A stretch of DNA of 64,000 nucleotides from a virus (lineage: Duplodnaviria; Heunggongvirae; Uroviricota; Caudoviricetes). A program made the translations under genes and the position numbers. Location: IMG/VR virus record IMGVR_UViG_3300008111_001118. One strand, given 5' to 3'. Under the pieces are notes generated by a model, which was not told the origin of the DNA, made no database searches, and saw nothing but the letters and a program-made list of their open reading frames with translations. This document shows, one piece after another, positions 30,081 to 39,510 of this stretch; the stretch's first letter is position 1; each line of letters opens with the position of its first letter.

Positions 30081-31193
30081 ATGAATGAAGATTTAAAATG
30101 GAGTAATTATGATTTTACCAAGATTCCGTTTGACGACATTATACAAGTCGGCCAGCGGACACTCTTATATAGAGACTTATTTACTGTATCTTGGCTCCTT
30201 GGAAGATACTGCAACTACAGATGCTCATACTGCTGGCCCTATGCAAGATCTGACAGAAAAGATCATAGACCTACAGAGTTATGTCTCAAAACCATCGACG
30301 AAATAAAGCGTCAGGCTCGTGACAATGGATTTAATAGTTTTCACTTTTCGTTAAGTGGTGGTGAGCCTACATTTCATCCTGGATACTTAGACATACTAAA
30401 ACATCTAGCAGATGATGTTGACAATACCAATTATACTAGTGTACATATGACATCGAATTGTAGTAGACCTGTGCGCTGGTTTGAAGATTATGTAGAAAAA
30501 GTCAAGCCGTTTCACAGAGCAAGCATTACAGCAAGTTTGCACACTGAACATTTAGATACAACAGCAAAGATGCAGGATTTTGCAGACAAACTGATATTAT
30601 GTCAAGAACACGATGTTCAAGTTACTATCAACATGGTTATGGTACCCGAATGGTTTGAACGTGATTGGGACAATGCACTATTCTTCCACGAGCAGGGCAT
30701 AAACGTAACGCTAAAGCCTCAAAGCGACCCTACAGCAAGCCGAGTAGTAGATGGATACACAGATGACAATCTAAAACGTTTACACAACGGTATGCCGCAG
30801 CGTGCTTATACAGAAACAAAGCGTAAATGGAACGACCGTCCTAGACCTAATTTTGAACTACCTAAACACGCTTTAGTTAATAATGATTCAAATGTTCCTA
30901 GCCATTTTCAAGTAGAATTTTTAGATTCTACAGGAAAAAAATGGTACATGGATCAAGCCGAAAGATTTAATGCTTTTAATTTTAATAAATTTAAAGGCTG
31001 GAATTGCAATGCTGGGTATCAAGGAATTATTATCAGAGAACCTGACGGAAGTATAAAACGTAGTTACAGTTGTTCAGATGTTCCATTAGGAAACATTGAA
31101 ACAGGATTTAAATTGTTTTCTAATCCAATGCCCTGTATAACTGATAGTTGTGTTAGTTCGGCTGACAGTAAAATACCAAAAAGAAAACACTAA
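30081..31193 (+). CDS. Radical SAM protein
   Basis: CNYRCSYC, GGEPT, TSNCS, C-terminal WNC..C..PCITDSC; paralogue of 18668. Confidence 0.85.
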   Translation: MNEDLKWSNYDFTKIPFDDIIQVGQRTLLYRDLFTVSWLLGRYCNYRCSYCWPYARSDRKDHRPTELCLKTIDEIKRQARDNGFNSFHFSLSGGEPTFHPGYLDILKHLADDVDNTNYTSVHMTSNCSRPVRWFEDYVEKVKPFHRASITASLHTEHLDTTAKMQDFADKLILCQEHDVQVTINMVMVPEWFERDWDNALFFHEQGINVTLKPQSDPTASRVVDGYTDDNLKRLHNGMPQRAYTETKRKWNDRPRPNFELPKHALVNNDSNVPSHFQVEFLDSTGKKWYMDQAERFNAFNFNKFKGWNCNAGYQGIIIREPDGSIKRSYSCSDVPLGNIETGFKLFSNPMPCITDSCVSSADSKIPKRKH

Positions 31194-32239
31194 TGCCAAT
31201 CTGTAAAGCCCTTCATAATCAAGTGTGTATAGAACTCAGTGGTTTTTATAAACCATGCTGTTCGTACAAAGGTATAAGTAAAATTTCTGTAAATGATATG
31301 TCTCCGGATGACTTTTTACATTCCGAATATATAGCAAATATAAGAAAAAATATGGAGGGCAATTCATGGGATCCGGGTTGCTACAACTGTAAAAAACACA
31401 TCGAACTAGGATTACATTCTGTAAAAGATTCTTATGATTTTTATTGTAAATCTGACTTAAACACTTTTGAAATGTTAGAGTTGTCTGTTAGTAATAAATG
31501 TAATAATCAATGTAGAATGTGTGATTCTAGACATAGTAGTTTGTGGCAAAAAACTTTAGGAGGCAGCAATATACCTGTGTCTTATTATAATTTAGAAAAC
31601 GTTCTATCTAAGATAAAAAGTAAAGATATTAAAATTATAAAATATCTAGGTGGAGAACCATTAATAACTGATGAAGTGTTTCATATATTTGAGTTTATCG
31701 AAAAAAATAAAGAAAATAAAATTTCTTTTTATGTAAACACAAATTTAACAGTTCCTCCTGAAAAATATTTAAAACATTTTACAAATATAGACAGTTTTAT
31801 AATTGGATATAGTATTGACGGTACTGGATTAACAAACGAATATATTAGAGATGGAAGCAAATGGGAAACTATAAAAAGAAATCTAGATAAGTGGGAAAAC
31901 TATATTAATAAAAGAAACGATAACAGTGAAAGATATGTTCATACAGTTTTGCAAGCCTATAATTATCATGATATAGAAAATATAAACAAATTATGTCAAG
32001 ATTACGGATTATACTATAATATTTTTCCTATTACATATCCTTTGGAATTTTCGATAAATGCTTTACCTCAATGGTATATTGAAAAACATATGTGCAAAGA
32101 AACTGAAGAATTTTTAAAAAATTACAATCACGACACTGAGTTACTCTCTAAATTAATTGAAACTACGGCAAGTCAAGACAATGTGCTTCAAAAGTCAATA
32201 AATGACTTTATACCAGAATTGAGTTTTTTAAAAACTTAA
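31193..32239 (+). CDS. Radical SAM protein with N-terminal twitch-like domain
   Basis: CNNQCRMC, GGEPL, NTNLT, SIDG; N-terminal PCC..CYNC. Confidence 0.85.
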   Translation: MPICKALHNQVCIELSGFYKPCCSYKGISKISVNDMSPDDFLHSEYIANIRKNMEGNSWDPGCYNCKKHIELGLHSVKDSYDFYCKSDLNTFEMLELSVSNKCNNQCRMCDSRHSSLWQKTLGGSNIPVSYYNLENVLSKIKSKDIKIIKYLGGEPLITDEVFHIFEFIEKNKENKISFYVNTNLTVPPEKYLKHFTNIDSFIIGYSIDGTGLTNEYIRDGSKWETIKRNLDKWENYINKRNDNSERYVHTVLQAYNYHDIENINKLCQDYGLYYNIFPITYPLEFSINALPQWYIEKHMCKETEEFLKNYNHDTELLSKLIETTASQDNVLQKSINDFIPELSFLKT

Positions 32240-32241
32240 AT

Positions 32242-32895
32242 TTATTTAATGAATTTTACTTCAATAGGCTGTTTTGTCTTTGTCGGAAAAATATAAGAGT
32301 TATCAACGTGTGATATTCTTCTATTAAGACTTTGATTTTTAAAACCTATACCCATTAAAAGTAAGACATCATTTTCAAGACTAAGATACTCTTTAACTTT
32401 ATCTTGATTAAAACAAGAACAACACCCAGTTGAATAGCCTAAAATGCTAGCAGTAAGATTTAAATATCCTGCGGCTACACCTACAGCAAGATTTCTATCT
32501 CTTTCTAACGTCTTTGTGGCTTGATACGAATCAACGGAATTAGTGGTTATTGCTCTAGTTTGATCATTTCTTGTTGAATCTTTGTCATTGTTTAGATTTT
32601 CGTATTTTTCAAAAACAACTAAAAGATTTGCTAGAGTTTGTGTATTTGTAGTGTACTCGGGTGTTGGTTCTAATGTAACAACAAACCCTTTGGTATTATC
32701 ATGAATCTCTTCGATGATATTTCTGTTGGTTATAAAATGAAGTCGATAAAACGCTACATTTTGTTTGCTTGGACATTGTGTTCCAGCAGTTACTAGAAGA
32801 TTTAGATCGTCTTCGGGTATTTCTTTTGAAAGATCCCAATTACGCTGACAATGTTGACTGCGTATAATAGATTGTTTAATATCAATATGATTCAT
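32242..32895 (-). CDS. Nitroreductase-family flavoprotein
   Basis: SQHCQRNWD, CPSKQN, AVGVAAGYL..ASILGYSTG, LLMGIG; TAAATA upstream at 32916-21. Confidence 0.75.
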   Translation of the reverse strand: MNHIDIKQSIIRSQHCQRNWDLSKEIPEDDLNLLVTAGTQCPSKQNVAFYRLHFITNRNIIEEIHDNTKGFVVTLEPTPEYTTNTQTLANLLVVFEKYENLNNDKDSTRNDQTRAITTNSVDSYQATKTLERDRNLAVGVAAGYLNLTASILGYSTGCCSCFNQDKVKEYLSLENDVLLLMGIGFKNQSLNRRISHVDNSYIFPTKTKQPIEVKFIK

Positions 32896-32928
32896 AGTAT
32901 AACTCCAATATAAAATATTTATTCTATT

Positions 32929-34314
32929 TTACATTTTATTTTTGATAAGATAGTGTTTAAACTCCCAAGTTTTTTCTGTTGAACTATTTGGATACCAATC
33001 TGAATATTCTTTAACATATTTTCCTAAGTATGGTTTTGAATTTTCAATTATAAAGTTATAGGGTAAGTCATCGGGTTCTAAAATTCCGTTATGTGTATTA
33101 TCCATCATCCATAAAATTGCACTACATAATGGAGCAACAACTTGTAAACTAGTTGCATTATTGTTTTCAACTAAATTTCTAGTTTCGTCAATAGACAATT
33201 GACTACCTACCCAATAAGAGCCAAATTCTCCCATTAACAATACGCCTAATTCGTCCATTCCGCCTACTATGCTATCTGTTATAATTCTAGATTGTGCTTG
33301 ACCTTTAAGATTGTTTTGTGTAAGTTCATTTAAACTTTCAACTGCTTGGTCGCAGGGATGGTAGGCATAATGAACTGTAGGTCTGTATAAAGAATGATCG
33401 TCATTAATTGACAAAAATTCTGCTAAAGTTATAGATTCTTGGTGTGTTATTAAAAATCCTTCAAATTCTTTAGCATTTGGAGCCCAAGATTTTACTTTTG
33501 TTGCACATCCGGGATTGTTTAAAAATATAGATGCTTTACTTCCGTGTATATGAGTCACTCCGTTATCCGGAAGTTCGGGTTCGTGTGACCCCCAACCGAG
33601 TTCAGCAGGAAGGATACCTTCAGCAATAAAACCATCTACGCTCCATGTGTTTACAAATTCGTTTGGTTTTTTCTTATCTAAATCAAATTGTGAATCTCGT
33701 TCGGAAACATGTATAACTTTAAGACCTACTTTTTTAGCAAGATCTGCCCAGTCTAGTTGAGATGTTGGAGTTTCGTTGACATTAAGTTTTTTTGCAATAT
33801 CAATTAGTGCATCTTTAACTAAATGATTAACTAATCCAGGATTAGCACCGTGTGAAAGAACGGCTGTTGCTTTATTTTTTGATGTTTTTTTATTTTTTAT
33901 CATGTCTTCTCTTAGAGAGTAGTTTGTTCTATCTCTAGGATCCATATCGAAGTTATCAAAAAATCCTGGCCACGGCTGAATACAAGTGTCTATGTACATA
34001 ACATCGTTTTTTTGACATTCTTCAACTAAATCTTTTGATGATACATCTACTGTTAAATTAATAACAATATCGCCTTTTGATGTATATTTTTGTAAAATGT
34101 TTTTGTAGTTGTCAATGCTAATATTTTCAATTACTCTTTCGACATCATACTTGTTAGTTATACTCCAATTTCGACTGTCGTTGGATATAATTGTTATTTT
34201 ATTAGACTTTATATGTTTTTTTAAGAGAGGAAGCAATGCAACACAGATGCTTCCTGCACCTAAAATAGTTATATTATGATTAAATTCTTTAAAAATCGTA
34301 GTAACTTGTGTCAT
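32929..34314 (-). CDS. hss: Homospermidine synthase
   Basis: ILGAGSI Rossmann, YIDTC, HGANPGLV, NTWSVDGFIAEG, RPTVHYAYHP, NATSLQV. Confidence 0.9.
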   Translation of the reverse strand: MTQVTTIFKEFNHNITILGAGSICVALLPLLKKHIKSNKITIISNDSRNWSITNKYDVERVIENISIDNYKNILQKYTSKGDIVINLTVDVSSKDLVEECQKNDVMYIDTCIQPWPGFFDNFDMDPRDRTNYSLREDMIKNKKTSKNKATAVLSHGANPGLVNHLVKDALIDIAKKLNVNETPTSQLDWADLAKKVGLKVIHVSERDSQFDLDKKKPNEFVNTWSVDGFIAEGILPAELGWGSHEPELPDNGVTHIHGSKASIFLNNPGCATKVKSWAPNAKEFEGFLITHQESITLAEFLSINDDHSLYRPTVHYAYHPCDQAVESLNELTQNNLKGQAQSRIITDSIVGGMDELGVLLMGEFGSYWVGSQLSIDETRNLVENNNATSLQVVAPLCSAILWMMDNTHNGILEPDDLPYNFIIENSKPYLGKYVKEYSDWYPNSSTEKTWEFKHYLIKNKM

Positions 34315-35560
34315 TTTCGTCAAATCCTCTAGTTAAAAAGTCGTTTGAAGTGGTTCTAATAATTTGCCAATTGTTAAACGCTTTTTCTGTTAAAATATCT
34401 TTGATGGGATGAATATATTGTGTCATTGGTTTTAAAGTCCAGTCTATATCATCTATTGTTTGCATAGTAAGTTCATGTAGATCTTTATTAAAATACTCTT
34501 TTAAGTATTCTTTTATAAATTCGTAACCGGTTAATTTGTTATAATAATTTACATTAGGGTTTCCATATTTTTTACTAATTTTAAATTTAAAATCATAGTC
34601 AACTGTAGTGGTGTTTTTAACATCGTTAATATCGAGAAATGAATATATTTGTTCTGGGCTATACATAAAAAAATCATATATACAGGTTTTGTTTGTTATA
34701 TGAGCCCAGGTGGGTGCAGATAATCCGATAGAGTACGAGCAATCGCCTATTACTGGCTCTTTATCTTTGTTAAATTTTATCTCAACTTGGTCTGATGCCA
34801 TAACAGGAACAGCACCTATACTGTTTATGTATTCGATCATTAACTGTTGTGTATATAATCCCGGAATTAGAAAATATGTTTCATATACTCCATTAATAAA
34901 ATAATCTCTATGACGATTGTTATAAAGATCTTCGAGAATGTTTATTTCTTTTGTAATATGTTTAATATTATATTTTTTACAAAAGTTAATAGCATTAATA
35001 ACATCGTGGTGATTTAATATATGATCTTTATGTTTGTATACTAATGAAAATCCTATAAAGTCTACGTTTGCGTCAACAAATGCAAGACCCATTAATTCTG
35101 AATCGATTCCACCGCTAAAACATAAGAATATATCTCGATATTTGGATTTAATATCGATTGCACTTTTTTTACATTCTTCCCACCAAATTAAATTTTCAGT
35201 ATTGTCAGGTATAGCAAATCTTTCAATAAAGGGTAGTTTTGGTAATTTTGGTAATGCAGTTAGTCCATATCCAAAACTTAAATGATTATTTTTTGAAAAT
35301 TTACATTGATTATCTGTTTTATAATCTTTATTAATAATATAGTAATCGTGTTCTTTATGGTCAAGTAACACTTTTATATGTTTATGACTTTCAGTACTTG
35401 AGATGAATCGAGGAAATGAATTTTTATCAACAATATCATAGGGAATAATACCGGAATCAATAGATCCGCAGTTGATATAAATTGCCGGATTTGCAATCGT
35501 AGGCGCTGTTAACTTTGACTTTAAATAGCCCTCAACTTCAGAAATGCTTATAGAACTCAT
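34289..35560 (-). CDS. PP-loop (adenine nucleotide alpha-hydrolase-like) protein
   Basis: FLCFSGGIDSE PP-loop motif; 423 aa. Confidence 0.55.
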   Translation of the reverse strand: MSSISISEVEGYLKSKLTAPTIANPAIYINCGSIDSGIIPYDIVDKNSFPRFISSTESHKHIKVLLDHKEHDYYIINKDYKTDNQCKFSKNNHLSFGYGLTALPKLPKLPFIERFAIPDNTENLIWWEECKKSAIDIKSKYRDIFLCFSGGIDSELMGLAFVDANVDFIGFSLVYKHKDHILNHHDVINAINFCKKYNIKHITKEINILEDLYNNRHRDYFINGVYETYFLIPGLYTQQLMIEYINSIGAVPVMASDQVEIKFNKDKEPVIGDCSYSIGLSAPTWAHITNKTCIYDFFMYSPEQIYSFLDINDVKNTTTVDYDFKFKISKKYGNPNVNYYNKLTGYEFIKEYLKEYFNKDLHELTMQTIDDIDWTLKPMTQYIHPIKDILTEKAFNNWQIIRTTSNDFLTRGFDENDTSYYDF

Positions 35561-36417
35561 TTTACAAAAAGTTTATTTTGTACAATTTCTTTTAACGATT
35601 TTTTATAATTAGAATTAAATCTCCATTCATCGTTGGATTCATTATAATCTAACCACGGAGTAAGACCTAACACTAAATGTATTCTCGGTTCGGTATCTGT
35701 AGTTTCTTCTTTTACAGTAACTTGATGCGGAATTATTGTATTCCAAATATATGCTTTACCGACTTCGAGATGTTTTTCGATAGATAATTTATTTCCGTAC
35801 TTGTCTTTGCCTTCGGCCTTTAAAATATGATTACTGTTAGTCTTAAGTGGAATATTAACTCTTAGCAGATAAAGTGGCAACTCGTCAACATGAATACCCG
35901 AAGTATCGGGTAATTTGGTTTTATGTGGATAAAAATAACTTACTCTTGATCTAGACAATCCGCAATTAAATTTATTAAACAAATTGTTAAAGTACTTTCT
36001 TACAACCGGATGAACATGTCTAAAACCGAATGTATCATAATAGGTATTTTTTATAACACCCGGTAAACTCTTTTCTCCTCTAATTCCGTAAACTTGAGTC
36101 ATTTCTTTGGTACCCATAGTTTGATTATACAGCCCTTGATCGCCTATATAGTCTTTATTATAAGTTAACGAAAATCCTTTGTAATCATCAAATTCGAAGT
36201 TTTTAGTAGTCCAGTTGTACAATCCAACTTCTTTTTCTAATTGTAAAATATTTTCTAACATAGTCTCAGCAGACGGTAGTCCGAGTTCTTCTAGTGTAAA
36301 TTCGTAAAACAAAAAATCTTTCATGTAATCAGTATAGTCATTGTTTGTTACAAACAAACAATTATCTTCTATATGAGTTATCATTGACACATCGTTACTA
36401 TAATCATGACCTATCAT
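35557..36417 (-). CDS. 2OG-Fe(II) oxygenase (Asp/Asn beta-hydroxylase-like)
   Basis: GIHVD, RVNIPL, YIWNTIIPHQV, PRIHLV. Confidence 0.7.
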   Translation of the reverse strand: MIGHDYSNDVSMITHIEDNCLFVTNNDYTDYMKDFLFYEFTLEELGLPSAETMLENILQLEKEVGLYNWTTKNFEFDDYKGFSLTYNKDYIGDQGLYNQTMGTKEMTQVYGIRGEKSLPGVIKNTYYDTFGFRHVHPVVRKYFNNLFNKFNCGLSRSRVSYFYPHKTKLPDTSGIHVDELPLYLLRVNIPLKTNSNHILKAEGKDKYGNKLSIEKHLEVGKAYIWNTIIPHQVTVKEETTDTEPRIHLVLGLTPWLDYNESNDEWRFNSNYKKSLKEIVQNKLFVK

Positions 36418-37764
36418 TATACAAGTACTTTCTTTAAAAGTTCGTTTCTTTTTATTTTTCCGTTATAAGACATAGGAATTTTTTTTAAATTTAAATATAT
36501 CAACCTGTCTATATTATACACTAATTTCATATAGTTGTCTATCCGGTATTTATCGCTATCAGAAACACTTTTTACAAACACATAATTGTTTTCTTTGTTT
36601 TGCACTATAATAACTGTCTTGTTAATAATTTTTTGTAGTTCGTTTTCGATGTTAACTGGATTATATGCTACACTGTTATATAGGAATAGATCTTTATAAC
36701 GACCAATTAAAACCAAATCACCGTCAACAAGTTTGCCATAATCGCCAGTATTAAACCATCCGTTATCTGTGTACGGAGTAATGCTAGTATTGGATTCATA
36801 ATATCCTTGTCCTATAGTATCTCCACGAAGATATACTATTCCTTCTGTTGATGTTTGTTTGTTGTCTAACATAAATTTTAATTCTAACCCGTTGATTAGT
36901 TTTCCTACGCCTTTCATAGTTCCGTCGTTAATACTAATGGTAGCAGTAGTTTCTGTCATGCCGTAGCCGTTTACTAGTTTTAGATTGAAGAATTTTTCTA
37001 TATAGTTTTTACGTTCTTCGGTTAGTGCATCGCCTCCGTAAGAAATGTATCTTATAGATGATGCAGAAATTTGTTGTTCCTCCATTATAGAAGTGATTCT
37101 CGACAGGCTAATTGGAGTCGATGATAACATGGATATCTTATTTTTTTCAAAAGATTTTACGTGTGATCTTTTAAATTTATTAGCCACAAATACAGAACCC
37201 GAAGAGTAAAATATACCAAGTGTAAGATTTAATCCAAATACAAAAGTAGCAGGTAAAATTAAATATAAGACGTCTTGTTCAGTAACGGCTCTATTCTTTT
37301 TTGTCTTTATTGCTCCAGAAATTAAATTCTAATGATGTGTCTATGTTGAGGTTTTTTGTTTTAATATAATTAAAAGTTAACACAGTTCCTATTATTTGTT
37401 CGTCAAAAAATCTTTCTATTTTTTGACTTGCTAAAAACACAAAATTTGGATTTGATTTTTCAACAATTACTGTTAATTCTTTGTTGTTTATTGCAGTACT
37501 AATTAATATAGGAATACCTCCAAGTAATTTTATAGCAAAAAACAATACAAAAAAGTCAATAGAATTATTGCTTATCATCATAATTTTATGATATTTTTTA
37601 ACACCAATTGTTTTTAATATATCGGAAGCAGTTTGAATTTTAATAAAAAACTCGGAATTAGATAACGAAGTTGTTTCATCTAATATTGCAATTTTTGATT
37701 TATGATTAACAGCATTATGCTTTAGAAAATCTACGACAGAATTCATTCTTTTAAGGATTTCCAT
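36417..37764 (-). pseudogene. ANL-family adenylating enzyme (acyl-CoA ligase-like), broken by deletion plus frameshift at about 37328
   Basis: The N-half ends at ...NIDTSL. The other frame starts NLISGA...DVLYLILP and has GYGMTE, GWFNTGD, GRYKD and GKIKR. The TSGxTGxPKG P-loop is absent at the junction. Confidence 0.8.
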
Positions 37765-38315
37765 TCTTCTGTGCTTATAAAGTTAAATGGTATTTCGCCC
37801 TTAAACATTTTATACATTATTTTTTGATAAGCAGATTTTTTATTTGACCTTGGTACAACATGTACCATTCCGGGATGTATTATCCAGTCATTATAAAACT
37901 CAATCTTTTCTTTTGCTTTTTTAAAATATAACTCTGCTTTGTAGTGTTCTCTTGAATTAAAAACCAAACTAATTTCGTTTTTGTGAAATTCAACTTGCGA
38001 AGGTACAATAAATTGTGGATTTAAAAAATTATATACTTTGGTTCTGTATTCTGGATTGACAAAGGTTCTATTTGAACTTCTAAATATACCTTCGCCCCAT
38101 GCTGGTCTATTATAAAGTCCGCTAAAGCAAACAATCTTTTTGTTATCAACTAGTAAATCGAAAGTCATATGATTTTCAAGGTCAAGAGATCTTAATGAAT
38201 AATTTTCTTTTCTTTTATCTTCTGACAACGACAATTCTTCTAAAAGTAGTAAAAATTTTTTATAAAAATACTGATCAGTTATCTCTCCGTATTTTAAAAT
38301 ATTAACAACCTTCAT
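37743..38315 (-). CDS. Hypothetical protein, possibly GNAT-like acyltransferase
   Basis: IVCFSGLY..IFRSSNRTFVNPEYR resembles GNAT beta4/motif A. Confidence 0.4.
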   Translation of the reverse strand: MKVVNILKYGEITDQYFYKKFLLLLEELSLSEDKRKENYSLRSLDLENHMTFDLLVDNKKIVCFSGLYNRPAWGEGIFRSSNRTFVNPEYRTKVYNFLNPQFIVPSQVEFHKNEISLVFNSREHYKAELYFKKAKEKIEFYNDWIIHPGMVHVVPRSNKKSAYQKIMYKMFKGEIPFNFISTEEWKSLKE

Positions 38316-39436
38316 TTTAACACTTTCGTTTTAATAGGACTAAATCCGTTAAATCTAGTTGAATAAACACTAGTATATGATCCTGTGTTATATATTAAAA
38401 TTTTATCTCCGCTTTTAATATCCTTTGGCAGTAATGGTCGATATTTTTCGTATAAAATGTCAGCACTGTGCAATGTTGGACCAGCAACTATATATGGAAC
38501 ATTTTCGCCACTAGAGTGGGGTGCAGTTATTTTATATTTAAAAATCTCTCCATCTGTACTATAAAGTCCTCCAAATCTTCCTATGTTAAGATACAGCCAT
38601 GTATCTGTATCGTTGATATCTTTTTTACTCACTAGTATAGATTCTGCAATTACAATACCAGAATTTGCAACTAACGCTCTACCCGGTTCTGCAAAAATAT
38701 TTTCAACAGCACCAAATTTTTGTTGTATTGTGTTTTTAATTACGTTACAATATATAGGCACATTGGTGATATCTTCGTCGTACTTAGAAGGAAATCCACC
38801 CCCGATATTAAGGACTGTTAAATTATATCCTTTATTTTTTAATTTATTCCAAAGTGTTGATACTATATCTAAACTATCAAACCACATGTGTGGATGTAAT
38901 GTTTGCGATCCAACATGAAAACTAAGTCCTACTAAATTAATATTTAAATTTTTTGCTTGTTCGAATAGATGTTCTGCCATGTCGGTACTACAGCCGAATT
39001 TTTTATTCAACGGTCTTAGTGCTTCAGTGTCTCCAAGTAGTACACGAATAAACACATCGCTGCCGGGTGCATAGGTTTCTATTTTTTTTAATTCTTCGAT
39101 TGAATCCGCAGCAAACAGTGTTACACCGTTTTTGTAAGAGTATTTTATATCCTTTATACTTTTAATAGTACTACCAAAACTTAATTTTTTAGGATCGGCT
39201 CCTGCTTTAAGACATTGTTTAATTTCGTTGCCACTAGCAACATCAAAATAACTATCTAATTTTACTAACAGTTTTAATACATCGAGGTTTGGGTTAGCTT
39301 TAACAGCATAGTGTATTTTATAATCTTGAAGAGAATTTTTAAAAATATTAAAATTCTCTTCTACAATATTTAAATCAATTACAAGGGTAGGCGAAGATAC
39401 CGATGTTGCAAGACAATAGTTTTCTAGTTTATTCAT
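38312..39436 (-). CDS. Fold-type III PLP ornithine/lysine decarboxylase
   Basis: HYAVKAN, FDVAS, HVGSQ, NIGGGFP, EPGR, GSYT..FNGF. GPTLHSAD replaces the usual GPTCD. Confidence 0.9.
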   Translation of the reverse strand: MNKLENYCLATSVSSPTLVIDLNIVEENFNIFKNSLQDYKIHYAVKANPNLDVLKLLVKLDSYFDVASGNEIKQCLKAGADPKKLSFGSTIKSIKDIKYSYKNGVTLFAADSIEELKKIETYAPGSDVFIRVLLGDTEALRPLNKKFGCSTDMAEHLFEQAKNLNINLVGLSFHVGSQTLHPHMWFDSLDIVSTLWNKLKNKGYNLTVLNIGGGFPSKYDEDITNVPIYCNVIKNTIQQKFGAVENIFAEPGRALVANSGIVIAESILVSKKDINDTDTWLYLNIGRFGGLYSTDGEIFKYKITAPHSSGENVPYIVAGPTLHSADILYEKYRPLLPKDIKSGDKILIYNTGSYTSVYSTRFNGFSPIKTKVLK

Positions 39437-39452
39437 TAAAACCTCTAAAAGA

Positions 39453-39480
39453 AAGTGTGCTAACTGTAATTAGCACACTT
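39453..39480 (-). terminator. Intrinsic terminator-like hairpin
   Basis: 11-bp perfect stem aagtgtgctaa/ttagcacactt with a 6-nt loop, followed by tctttt on the minus strand. Confidence 0.65.
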
Positions 39481-39510
39481 ATTGCATAGATATATTTTTT
39501 TTGATTAAAT

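Noticed and set aside
840-32239. Classical RiPP cluster
   Set aside because: No convincing leader-core precursor, transporter or maturation peptidase is in the island. It is kept only as a weak possibility via the 74-aa ORF.
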